DNA of 64,000 nt, taken from the NCBI GenBank assembly GCA_938083505.1, contig CALKCF010000002.1, positions 26,874 to 90,873 on the forward strand, in the 5' to 3' direction. The notes below the pieces were generated by a model. That model was given only the letters and a program-made list of their open reading frames with translations. It was not told the DNA's origin and did no database searches. The position numbers and the translations under genes were made by a program. The stretch comes from an uncultured archaeon. Lineage in GTDB: Archaea > Thermoproteota > Nitrososphaeria_A > Caldarchaeales > Wolframiiraptoraceae. Positions 28,750 to 37,225 of the stretch are shown here, piece after piece (position 1 is the stretch's first letter; each line of letters opens with the position of its first letter).

Positions 28750-30762
28750 TTACGCTTTGTAGAATATAATATTGGTTTTAGTTAATTTCTTCAACCGTTC
28801 TAGCGTGACGTTATTCTTTATCCAACTATAAGCCAAGTACAGGGTACAGGCGATTAGAGTTATACCGGATATTATTGAACCAATATGGAACCATTTTTGG
28901 GGCGGGTACTCTATGATGATCTCCAATAAGCCGGTCTGGTTGATCCAAAAACCATTAATGAAACCATAAAGAGGAATTGATGAATAGCTTTCGTTGGAAA
29001 CATAGGCGCGCCATTCACTGTCATAAGGGGCCGCAAATGCTAGTAAGAAAGGAGATGAGGTGTTTATTGTTACTTTCCATAAGGTAGGACTTTCTTGTTT
29101 ATACTTAATTATTTCTGTCTTCCCCATATTTTGCAGAAAAACTTCTTTCAACTTTTTGTTTTCATCGCTTGTATAAATCCATATATCTCCTAAACGCGTG
29201 TTATCTAACGCTTTAATTTTTAGTTCTTGGCAACCCCTTGTTAAAAATGTGGAACCGACATCGATTATTCCATATTGGTTAGAAGCTACATAGAATGTTT
29301 GGTTGGCGATGGTTATTTCGGCAGTTCCTAAAATTTCAGCCGAAATTCTATAGTTACCTTCTTTGAGGATATGCAAGTTTTTTATTACGATTTTCTGTTT
29401 TGGAATTATCAAGATATCATCGAATTTCTGTTTTGGAATTATTAAGATATCATCGAACCATGTGGTTGCATTTCCTTTTGACGTGTCTAACACCCAGCCG
29501 GCATTTAATGCTATCCGTAGCATAGTTATTTCACTATCTAATTCTAAGTCGGCAATGTGTTTCTTCCAATTATATGATCCATATTGAGCTGCGGGCACTT
29601 GAATGAGTTGAATCCATGTGTTTGTAGTCCTGTTTAATCCTTCTATGACTATATGGCTTGCTTCGGCATTTTCCTGTTTTATATGCGTTACTATTTGATA
29701 TTCGCCTGGAGTTATTGGTATCGCTGAGCTTCTTATCCAGCTCCAATGCCAAGTGGAGGTTACCTGTGTTGTTACTTTAAGGCTAACGTTTCCTCGATAT
29801 TTTACCTGGTCGTCAAGTGTAGCCGTAAACCCTTCTTCTGGTTGAGACCAGTAAAGTGGATAATGGTCTACTGCTTCTTCAAAAGAAGGGTTCTTTACAA
29901 TGTTAGTTTCAAAACTTAGTGGATCTATGAGGTAAATTATTGTTGCGTTTTTTAGTTTTGATGTGAGCATTTGTTCTGTTTGCCCTTTGCTCAATATTAA
30001 TATTTGGTCTATGTAGTTTTCTCCGTCTATGTTGGAGATTGTTAATGTATGAGATTGACTTGAGTTTCCTTGGTATAGTTTCACCCACTCAAGTGAAAAG
30101 GCACTAGATAAAGTTATCACATTTCTTTCATTCTCACCATCTAACATGAATCTTATTTTTCCTCCGTTTGGCCATTTAAGGATCTTCGCCCATATTTCAA
30201 AAAGGCCTTTCATTTCTATTGGTATTTTTAACTCGCTTTCAGCTTTCGTGAACGCTCCGTTGTTTATTGTAGATGCGAAGAGATAATTGTACCAGAACCA
30301 GTTTTTGCTATTTATCCAACCTTTTTGGGCGTCTGTTTGTATTGCATAGTTTCCAGGATCTATTTTTGTCCCTAACAATATTGATATTATGTCAAGCATG
30401 TCGTTTTTTATAACGAATATTGGAGTATTGATTTTCAGTTGAGTAATGTCAGTTAAATAAGCAATGTCTGTTAGGTTTAATAATTTTGCTAGGTGGATCA
30501 ATATTGATAGTTCAGCCGTCCCATATATTACCGTGGAAGGCGTATATATGAATTCTGTTGTTTTTGTATTTTGATACAACTTGAACTCAGGTTTTTCGTC
30601 TTTAAGTTCGAGGTCCCGTTGATGCGTGATGAAGTTAGATGTCACGTCAGGCTCCCACTTTTCGAGGAGGTAGGGATAAAGAGCTAACGGGACGTAAAGT
30701 GGATACTTTGATGTAAAGTCTTTTCTTTGGATTACGTATTTTGTGGCGAATAGGCTTATCAA
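28750..30762 (-). CDS. surface/membrane-anchored paralog of the 22301-25399 extracellular region, lacking the polytopic N-domain
   Basis: 670 aa from a TTG start. The C-terminus FAAPYDSEWRAYVSNESYSSIPLYGFINGFWINQTGLLEIIIEYPPQKWFHIGSIISGITLIACTLYL aligns residue for residue with the 1032-aa protein. Confidence 0.65.
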   Translation of the reverse strand: MISLFATKYVIQRKDFTSKYPLYVPLALYPYLLEKWEPDVTSNFITHQRDLELKDEKPEFKLYQNTKTTEFIYTPSTVIYGTAELSILIHLAKLLNLTDIAYLTDITQLKINTPIFVIKNDMLDIISILLGTKIDPGNYAIQTDAQKGWINSKNWFWYNYLFASTINNGAFTKAESELKIPIEMKGLFEIWAKILKWPNGGKIRFMLDGENERNVITLSSAFSLEWVKLYQGNSSQSHTLTISNIDGENYIDQILILSKGQTEQMLTSKLKNATIIYLIDPLSFETNIVKNPSFEEAVDHYPLYWSQPEEGFTATLDDQVKYRGNVSLKVTTQVTSTWHWSWIRSSAIPITPGEYQIVTHIKQENAEASHIVIEGLNRTTNTWIQLIQVPAAQYGSYNWKKHIADLELDSEITMLRIALNAGWVLDTSKGNATTWFDDILIIPKQKFDDILIIPKQKIVIKNLHILKEGNYRISAEILGTAEITIANQTFYVASNQYGIIDVGSTFLTRGCQELKIKALDNTRLGDIWIYTSDENKKLKEVFLQNMGKTEIIKYKQESPTLWKVTINTSSPFLLAFAAPYDSEWRAYVSNESYSSIPLYGFINGFWINQTGLLEIIIEYPPQKWFHIGSIISGITLIACTLYLAYSWIKNNVTLERLKKLTKTNIIFYKA
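29393..29458. repeat. 33-bp in-frame tandem duplication (2 copies, 2 mismatches) inside the 670-aa gene
   Basis: Copy 1 (29393-29425) is TTCTGTTTTGGAATTATCAAGATATCATCGAAT. Copy 2 (29426-29458) is TTCTGTTTTGGAATTATTAAGATATCATCGAAC. They encode FDDILIIPKQK twice. Confidence 0.9.
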
Positions 30763-30941
30763 ATTACCGAATTGTTGTGTTTAGTTTTCGTCTTTAGATG
30801 TAGTCGCGACATTTCAGGTGCTACAAGAAATACTACGAAGATCCAAAGATGGATGGGTTTAAGCACAACCCCCATGTACAAATAGTTTTTATAATAAGCT
30901 TAAAACTTATTATGAAGTTGATAAATAAAGTATGTTTTTAG

Positions 30942-31706
30942 ATGATCGTGACAGAAAATGTCCGTAAACTTCTTAAAGCCCACGAAGGGCTAAAACGTGA
31001 AGTTTACTTAGATATTGAGAACTCAAGCTTCGTTCTCCCAGAAGTGATTGAAGCTATGCTTCCATACTTTAACAAACGTGCTTATGTCAACCCTACGCTT
31101 ACTCATAAACCGGGATGGGAAGCTTACGACGCTATAATGGAGTCAGCCCAAACAATTGCAAGGTATTTTGGCTGTAAAAGTATCGAAGAGATCAACTTTA
31201 CGCCAGGAGAGGCTGAGGCTAACAACCTTGCCTTGCTTGGTGCAGTCTCTCAAATGTGTGTAAAACGCGGAAAAATCGTGATTTCTGAGATTGAACCGTT
31301 AAGCATCATGCACGTAGCGGAAATACTTTCCAAACAAGGATTTTCAATGATTAAAGTGTCCGTGGATGGTGAGGGTTTTATAGACCTTGAAAAACTTAAA
31401 GAGGCTGTAGACGATGAAATAGTTATCGCGAGCTTCTCCGCTGTTAACTGTGAAGGTGAGGCATTAACCATTGAGTTAAGCTTGAACAGTGTGTACGTTT
31501 CAAGCGGAAGCGCTTGCACAAGACACTTATTGCAACCAAGCCATGTGTTAGTCGCCATAGGTAGAAAATTTGAGGAAGCTCACGGCAGCATCCTCATGAA
31601 AGCTACACGTATACGCACAGAGGCGGATATAGACTATGTATTTGAAGTTTTGTCAAAGGTCGTTGAAAGACTTAGAGGAATAACGGGCTCAATGGTGGCC
31701 GAGTAG
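30942..31706 (+). CDS. NifS/IscS-like protein lacking the PLP-lysine region (degenerate cysteine desulfurase homolog)
   Basis: 254 aa against about 390 expected. Class V aminotransferase blocks are recognisable (VYLDIENSS, INFTPGEAEANNLAL, SSGSACTRHLLQPSHVLVAIG). About 130 central residues, including the HK PLP-lysine block, are absent and key residues are substituted. The frame is intact. Confidence 0.6.
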   Translation: MIVTENVRKLLKAHEGLKREVYLDIENSSFVLPEVIEAMLPYFNKRAYVNPTLTHKPGWEAYDAIMESAQTIARYFGCKSIEEINFTPGEAEANNLALLGAVSQMCVKRGKIVISEIEPLSIMHVAEILSKQGFSMIKVSVDGEGFIDLEKLKEAVDDEIVIASFSAVNCEGEALTIELSLNSVYVSSGSACTRHLLQPSHVLVAIGRKFEEAHGSILMKATRIRTEADIDYVFEVLSKVVERLRGITGSMVAE

Positions 31707-31708
31707 TC

Positions 31709-32170
31709 TTGTCGCGCTTCCCCCTACCCTACACTCAAAAAATCTTGGATCTGTTTAGGAATCCAAAGAATTTAGGGAAAATGAAGGACGCCACTGTTTC
31801 AGCGGTAGCCGGCAACCCTCAATGCGGAGATATGATAACTTTCTATTTGAAGATCAACGAGCAAGACGTGAGTGAAAAGTCGACATTTGAAAGAACTGAA
31901 AAAATTAATCAGATGAAGCTTGAAGATGCTTGGAAAATTTTGTGGAAGAGCATTGTCGAAGAGTTGGGAGGGCTGCCGGCTGTCAAATTTCACTATGGCA
32001 TATTGGCTGTTGGAGCTTTGAGACGGGCTATTCGCGCTTCCTACAAAATGCGGCAACAAATTCCAGAGTGGCTACCGAAAGAATTAACCTTTGAAGAAAA
32101 ACAAGCATTAGAAGAGGAGCTGGCAAAAATCCTTTCGAAGAGAATGAAGATGGTAGAAGAAGGTGCTTGA
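31709..32170 (+). CDS. IscU/NifU-N-like protein with two of three cluster-ligand cysteines lost
   Basis: 153 aa, TTG start: FRNPKNLGKMKDATVSAVAGNPQCGDMITFYLKI (first Cys kept). The GC-x-x-AIASSS block is deleted and K-x-HCS reads KFHYG. There is an extra C-terminal helical tail. Confidence 0.55.
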   Translation: MSRFPLPYTQKILDLFRNPKNLGKMKDATVSAVAGNPQCGDMITFYLKINEQDVSEKSTFERTEKINQMKLEDAWKILWKSIVEELGGLPAVKFHYGILAVGALRRAIRASYKMRQQIPEWLPKELTFEEKQALEEELAKILSKRMKMVEEGA

Positions 32171-32172
32171 AG

Positions 32173-33411
32173 ATGTTCAATCCCTACAAGGTTAGGGAAG
32201 ACTTCCCTATATTGAAACGAAAGATAGACGGTAATCAGATCATATACTTTGACAATGCGGCAACATCCCAAAAGCCAAGGCAGGTCATCGAAGCGATGAA
32301 AAAGTTCTACGAAGAACAAAATGCCAACGTTCACCGCGCAGTGCATACATTATCACTGGAAGCTACGGAACTTTATGAGGAGGCCCACGAGGAGGTTGCT
32401 GAATTCATAGGCGCCAAGAGTATGGAAGAAATAATCTTTGTAAGGGGCACAACGGAGGCCATAAACCTCGTTGCCTATTCGTGGGGGCTTCACAACCTTA
32501 AACGGGGAGACGAGGTTCTCGTAACTCTCATGGAGCATCATAGCAACATAGTTCCATGGGAGATTCTCTCAGAAATAAAAGGATTTAAAGTTAAGTATTT
32601 AGATGTTAACCTGGATGGTACATTAAACTATGAATTGTTAAAGGAAATGTTAACACCTAGAGTAAGGCTTGTCTGCGTAACCCATGTTTCGAACGTGACG
32701 GGCGTCATTAATGATGTGGAAACTGTTGCGAAACTCGCCCATGAAAATGACGCTTTAGTTCTTGTGGATGGTGCCCAATCAGTACCCCACATACCCGTAA
32801 ATGTCCAAAAGTTGGACTGTGACTTCTTGGCTTTCTCCGGTCACAAGATGCTTGGGCCAACGGGGATAGGCGTCTTGTATGGTAAACGGGAAATTCTTGA
32901 AAAAATGAAGCCCTTTCATGGCGGTGGCGGAATGATTAATGAAGTTTCCTTTAACCTAGAGATGCATAGATGCAAAATCTCATGGAACGAACTACCATGG
33001 AGGTTTGAGGCTGGAACCCCGGACATAGGTGGGGCTGTTGGCTTAACGGCCGCCATAAAGTATTTGAGGACTCTTGGAATGGAAAACGTGAAGACCCACG
33101 AATACAAATTAACCGAATACACCATGAAACACTTGAAGGAATGCCCAAAAGTCACGGTTTACGGTCCTAAAGATGCTGCGCTAAAATGTGGGATAATACC
33201 ATTCAATGTTGAAAGATTAGATTCTCATGATGTAGCCTTACTTTTAAACAGTTATGGAATAATGATAAGGAGCGGGTTCCACTGCGCCCAGCCTCTTCAC
33301 GAAAAGCTTAAAATTCCCTCATCCGCAAGAGTCAGCTTTTACGTTTATAATACTCAAGAAGAAGTGGACCGCTTTATCGAAGCCTTAAAGGAGATAGAAG
33401 GGGTTTTATGA
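32173..33411 (+). CDS. sufS: SufS-type (class II) cysteine desulfurase
   Basis: VREDFPIL, FDNAATSQKP, RGTTEAINLVA, MEHHSNIVPW, LVDGAQSVPH, FSGHKMLGPTGIGVLYG, FEAGTPDIGG and RSGFHCAQPL are all canonical SufS/CsdA blocks. Confidence 0.9.
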   Translation: MFNPYKVREDFPILKRKIDGNQIIYFDNAATSQKPRQVIEAMKKFYEEQNANVHRAVHTLSLEATELYEEAHEEVAEFIGAKSMEEIIFVRGTTEAINLVAYSWGLHNLKRGDEVLVTLMEHHSNIVPWEILSEIKGFKVKYLDVNLDGTLNYELLKEMLTPRVRLVCVTHVSNVTGVINDVETVAKLAHENDALVLVDGAQSVPHIPVNVQKLDCDFLAFSGHKMLGPTGIGVLYGKREILEKMKPFHGGGGMINEVSFNLEMHRCKISWNELPWRFEAGTPDIGGAVGLTAAIKYLRTLGMENVKTHEYKLTEYTMKHLKECPKVTVYGPKDAALKCGIIPFNVERLDSHDVALLLNSYGIMIRSGFHCAQPLHEKLKIPSSARVSFYVYNTQEEVDRFIEALKEIEGVL

Positions 33412-33686
33412 CCGCAAACACGAGCCTTAAGGAATATATAGCGAGGATAGAAGAGGCATGTGGTGAAGAAAAGGACATCATAGTTCACTTCAAATATGAG
33501 AAAAAGGATGAGGTAATAAAGAGAATACTCAAAAAAGCAAAGGTGGAGAGGACGGTCGCCGGAATAATCCTCGACCTAACTTACAAGGAGTTTTCCATCC
33601 GCCTTTATAATATGGGGAAGGCCGTATTCAGAAAAGTGAAAGAAAAAAGTCGGGTGCAAGAGGTTTTAGCTGAACTTTTGTTATAG
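33408..33686 (+). CDS. 92-aa protein of unknown function, translationally coupled to sufS
   Basis: Its ATG overlaps the sufS TGA (ATGA). It has a single Cys (EEACGEE). No family was recognised. Confidence 0.5.
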   Translation: MTANTSLKEYIARIEEACGEEKDIIVHFKYEKKDEVIKRILKKAKVERTVAGIILDLTYKEFSIRLYNMGKAVFRKVKEKSRVQEVLAELLL

Positions 33687-33846
33687 CTCATCGCTTAAGC
33701 TAACCTCTCATAAAGTAAAATTTACCGGTAAATTTGTGCGTAACTCCCAGCCTCAACATATTTTTGCTAGTAAATTGTATAGAGTGTTGCGTTTTGCGGC
33801 CAAACTTAGCATCTCTATGATGCCGTGGGTGCCTTAATAACTTCGC

Positions 33847-34500
33847 TCAAGGAATGAACTTCTTATCGCGTCCGGATATCGCGATAATCACAGCATAATA
33901 AATTATACCAATGTAAAAACACAGATGTGCTAGAAAGCGTAAAGGATGCTTAACTCTGAATGGCATGCTAAGCTGCCTCAACCACTCCTTAAGGTTCCGT
34001 TCATTCTTAAGCATATACAGTGCTTTATTGAACCGCATCAGGAAAAGCTTTTTAAAGGTCGGCACCTTCTTTTGGTGCTTTACACCTTTTACCCCCAAGA
34101 ATAGCCCAAGCCTCCTAGCCCTATCGTTAAAATCTATATCCTCCTCGTAAACTCTTATGAATCTCTCGTCAAACCCGCCCACCTTCATGTAAACATCCGG
34201 TCTGAAGAACCAACTCGCAGCGCTATGAACTATCATAGAACTTTCATAAGCCATTTTTACAAGATTCAGAAATACCTCCGATTCAAAGCTCACATCATCA
34301 TCGATAAGCGCTATAACATCAACGCTATTGGCTATTTCTTTAACGCCTATGTTTCGCTGTCTGGAAACATTTTTTCCATATATGACCTTTATAACACTAA
34401 CGTAATTTTGAATACTGTCCAGCGATTTTTTTGTCTCCTCGCTTAAGGATCCACCTAACCTGACAGGAATGACAACCCCTATTTTCACTTTGTGGTCCAT
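33847..34500 (-). CDS. short family-2-like glycosyltransferase with C-terminal TM
   Basis: 217 aa: IGVVIPV, ALIDDDVSF, GGFDERFIRVYEEDIDFNDRARRLG. Confidence 0.6.
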   Translation of the reverse strand: MDHKVKIGVVIPVRLGGSLSEETKKSLDSIQNYVSVIKVIYGKNVSRQRNIGVKEIANSVDVIALIDDDVSFESEVFLNLVKMAYESSMIVHSAASWFFRPDVYMKVGGFDERFIRVYEEDIDFNDRARRLGLFLGVKGVKHQKKVPTFKKLFLMRFNKALYMLKNERNLKEWLRQLSMPFRVKHPLRFLAHLCFYIGIIYYAVIIAISGRDKKFIP

Positions 34501-35292
34501 GATAGAAGCGCTTATAATCTTTATATGGGTTACGCCACTCTATAGGTTGAGGATAATCACTGATGAAACTAAGCACGCTTATCTCACACCTCTATACAAG
34601 TTTCATACGAAGTTTCAGAAGTTGATATTTGATAACTACTCCAATCGTATACGGTTTTGTTAAGAGGTTAAGTAGAATTATTTTATAGTAAAATTTAGGT
34701 TTATGTAGTGCGACGATTTAGGAAAATGCATTTTCACGTATGGATGCATTAGTAACAAAACTATCAAAAAATAAACTGGCAAACAAATCAACCACGGTAC
34801 AGTTCACATGTTTCCGGTAACGTGATGAACCGTTTATGTATATCACATACCACATCTTCTCTCCTTAAAATTTTGCATACTTCGCAAAATTTCAGCATAG
34901 CTTCAACTGATGAAAGGTTATGTGCCACTATGCCTGCTGCAATTTGATCGGCCAGGGAACGGACGGGGTCTATGGACTCTAACTGTTTTAGTATTTTCAC
35001 CCCTCTTTGTAAAGATATTAACTTATTGCCGTTTGGGTTATTCCTATTTTTTTGTTATAGTTACTTGTGAGAAAATGTATTTTTTATTAAATTAATTCTT
35101 GGCTATTAGAGACCTGAACCCGGGAAGTATTAGCTTTACAACGGCCTTGCAAGGTGCTCTCAATATGGATAACTCTAAAATCTTTATCTATATAAAGTGC
35201 AACAGATAAACTCATTTCCTTGTTTTTAGAAGTGTGGGTAACTCAACAAGTTGTGCACTTACACTTATATTCTAAAGTTTATAACGAAAACA

Positions 35293-35523
35293 TTAACACC
35301 TCATAACGAAAACACGCCAGTTTTCGTTATCGTCCGTTTCAACTTTAATAACTTTAACATTCAATTCCCTTGCAGCCTTAATTATATCATCTCTTGATGG
35401 TTTATGTGTTCCCTTCACCACTAATATCTCTCCGTGTTCAAGGTTATCTACACTTCTCCTAAACTTTATCAGAGGTACAGGACAGATATCGCCGGATGTA
35501 TCTAAAATTTTGTACTTCTCCAT
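35293..35523 (-). CDS. tusA: TusA/SirA-family sulfurtransferase
   Basis: 76 aa: LDTSGDICPVPLIKFRRSVDNLEHGEILVV, with the CP-x-P active-site motif. Confidence 0.8.
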   Translation of the reverse strand: MEKYKILDTSGDICPVPLIKFRRSVDNLEHGEILVVKGTHKPSRDDIIKAARELNVKVIKVETDDNENWRVFVMRC

Positions 35524-35525
35524 AA

Positions 35526-36689
35526 TTAATTGCCCTCCTTATGGCTGAAATTCGAGCATTTTACAGCCTTCATTAAAGTTTCGACTAACATTACCTTTCC
35601 TGTTCTTAGGTTCAACACATGCTTTTCTCTTTCCTCCTGCGCTTTTGCTTTAAGCTCTTCAAATTCTTTGTAATGTTCTTTAAATTCCACACCTGTGATA
35701 CCTCTTAAGTGCCTCCGCAAAAACTCTCCATAATTTTCGCATGAGTCAGGGATGATAGTAACAACCACTCCTCTTCTTCCTTCATTGTTTAATCTTTCAG
35801 CAATTTTTAGGGCTCCAAAAAAATTGGTACCGCTCGAAATCCCTGCAGGGATGTCCGCGTTCCAAAGCGCTAACATTGCGTTATATGCATCTTTATCGGT
35901 GACCTCCATTATCTCATCACATACTGTTTTTGCTTCTTTGAAAAAATTTGATGCACCTAGCTCGTCTTTACTCCTAAGTCCAAGCTGATGGTGACCCTCT
36001 TCAGGAATAAGCCCTACAAATCTTATACCTTCTACGTTTTGTCTCAGCCAATTTGCGCACCCAATCATGGTTCCGCACGTTCCAAGAGCAATAACGAAAT
36101 GTGTCATTTCTCCAGCAGTTTGATGATATATTTCTGGTGCTGTTGTTAAAAAGTGAGATAGCGGATTGCCAATGTCGTCATATTGGTCGAAATTGATCAC
36201 CTCGGGGTCTATTTTTTCTACATACCTGGCCGCTGCTATGGCTTCGCCCCTTTTAGCTGCTACTGTAGGGCAGTATTTGTCAGAGAACGTTTCGATTTTT
36301 GTCTTATTCTTAATCAATTTCGTAATTAGCCATTCATTTTCTTTAACAGTATTTTCGGACATGTAAACTGTGAAATCAAACTTCTCCATCAAAAGAAAAG
36401 AACCAGCTAGTCCAAAATTTCCGGAAGTTGCTGTAACAACTTTTCTTTTCCCATCTAATTTCCCTTCATGTAATTTTAGGTAATACATTGTGGCAAAAGG
36501 TCTGGCCTTTACTGATTCCCCAAAATTCGTATACTCCAACTTTGCATATATGGGAACTTCTTTGTCGAATGGGTTTATAGTTCGGGGTATGCGTATAAGT
36601 GGAGTAAATCCTATTCCTAACTCTTTTAACCAGGAATAAAAATGACGGAGGGTGAACTTTTTACTAACTGTTAGGATTTCGTTCAGCAT
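35526..36689 (-). CDS. PLP-dependent cysteine synthase family enzyme, O-phosphoserine sulfhydrylase-like
   Basis: 387 aa: TPLIRIP, AKLEYTNFGESVKARPF (PLP lysine), ATSGNFGLAGSF, GTCGTMIGC. Length and blocks resemble the recalled Aeropyrum OPSS (SLSVKDRPA, ATSSNFG). Confidence 0.7.
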   Translation of the reverse strand: MLNEILTVSKKFTLRHFYSWLKELGIGFTPLIRIPRTINPFDKEVPIYAKLEYTNFGESVKARPFATMYYLKLHEGKLDGKRKVVTATSGNFGLAGSFLLMEKFDFTVYMSENTVKENEWLITKLIKNKTKIETFSDKYCPTVAAKRGEAIAAARYVEKIDPEVINFDQYDDIGNPLSHFLTTAPEIYHQTAGEMTHFVIALGTCGTMIGCANWLRQNVEGIRFVGLIPEEGHHQLGLRSKDELGASNFFKEAKTVCDEIMEVTDKDAYNAMLALWNADIPAGISSGTNFFGALKIAERLNNEGRRGVVVTIIPDSCENYGEFLRRHLRGITGVEFKEHYKEFEELKAKAQEEREKHVLNLRTGKVMLVETLMKAVKCSNFSHKEGN

Positions 36690-36705
36690 GGTATCATCCC
36701 TACTG

Positions 36706-37209
36706 TTAGTCTTTCTGAGGAGGACAAGTTTCGTTTAGATCCGTGTTTAACATATAATCTGTTGGGATTTGTCTGCAGAATCTCAGAATCATGTTAGCTA
36801 CAATCATGGATTTTGAAGCGAACCTTGGCCTGCGATACACCATACTAAGAGGTTCTACTTTGAGCTGGCGGTTCAAAAAAGCGGCGGTTTCACTAAGCTT
36901 TTCTAAAAAGATCTCTTTAATAACAGAGTAACTGCTACTTATAGTAAAGTCGATTTTTTCAGCGGGTGGTTCTGTTAGGATTTTAAAATTTTTCACAACA
37001 CCTTTGTCCAGTTGAATGAAGAGCGTTATTTTTTCGCTGGAGTATAGCTCTCGCAATTTTGGAGGAATGTCTGTAATAACGTATGCAAGATTTAAACTGT
37101 AGCCGGAGGTGAGTCTATTAAATTCCTCGTCTTTGGTTCTGGCACCTTGAACAACTCTGACCGCTTCACGAACCCACTCTGGGGAAAGGAACAACAATTT
37201 TTCAGACAT
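36706..37209 (-). CDS. SCP2 (sterol-carrier-like) domain protein
   Basis: The likely start is MSEKLLFLSPEWVREA. It has DFTISSSYSVIKEIFLEKLSETAAFLNRQLKVEP, the SCP2 C-terminal pattern. Confidence 0.55.
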   Translation of the reverse strand: MSEKLLFLSPEWVREAVRVVQGARTKDEEFNRLTSGYSLNLAYVITDIPPKLRELYSSEKITLFIQLDKGVVKNFKILTEPPAEKIDFTISSSYSVIKEIFLEKLSETAAFLNRQLKVEPLSMVYRRPRFASKSMIVANMILRFCRQIPTDYMLNTDLNETCPPQKD

Positions 37210-37225
37210 TGTTTTATTTCCCTCA

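Noticed and set aside
30855-30874. GGGTTTAAGCACAACCCCCA resembles the 3' end of tRNA-Leu (GGGTTCAAATCCCACCCCCC) at the far edge of the island, raising the possibility of an attR.
   Set aside because: Only about 14 of 23 positions match and it lies inside a plausible small ORF. That is insufficient for a direct-repeat call.
34788-35000. 70-aa minus-strand ORF (GTG start) MKILKQLESIDPVRSLADQIAAG...
   Set aside because: It has no motif, no spaced RBS, and sits isolated between long A+T-rich spacers. It was left unannotated and could still be a real small gene.
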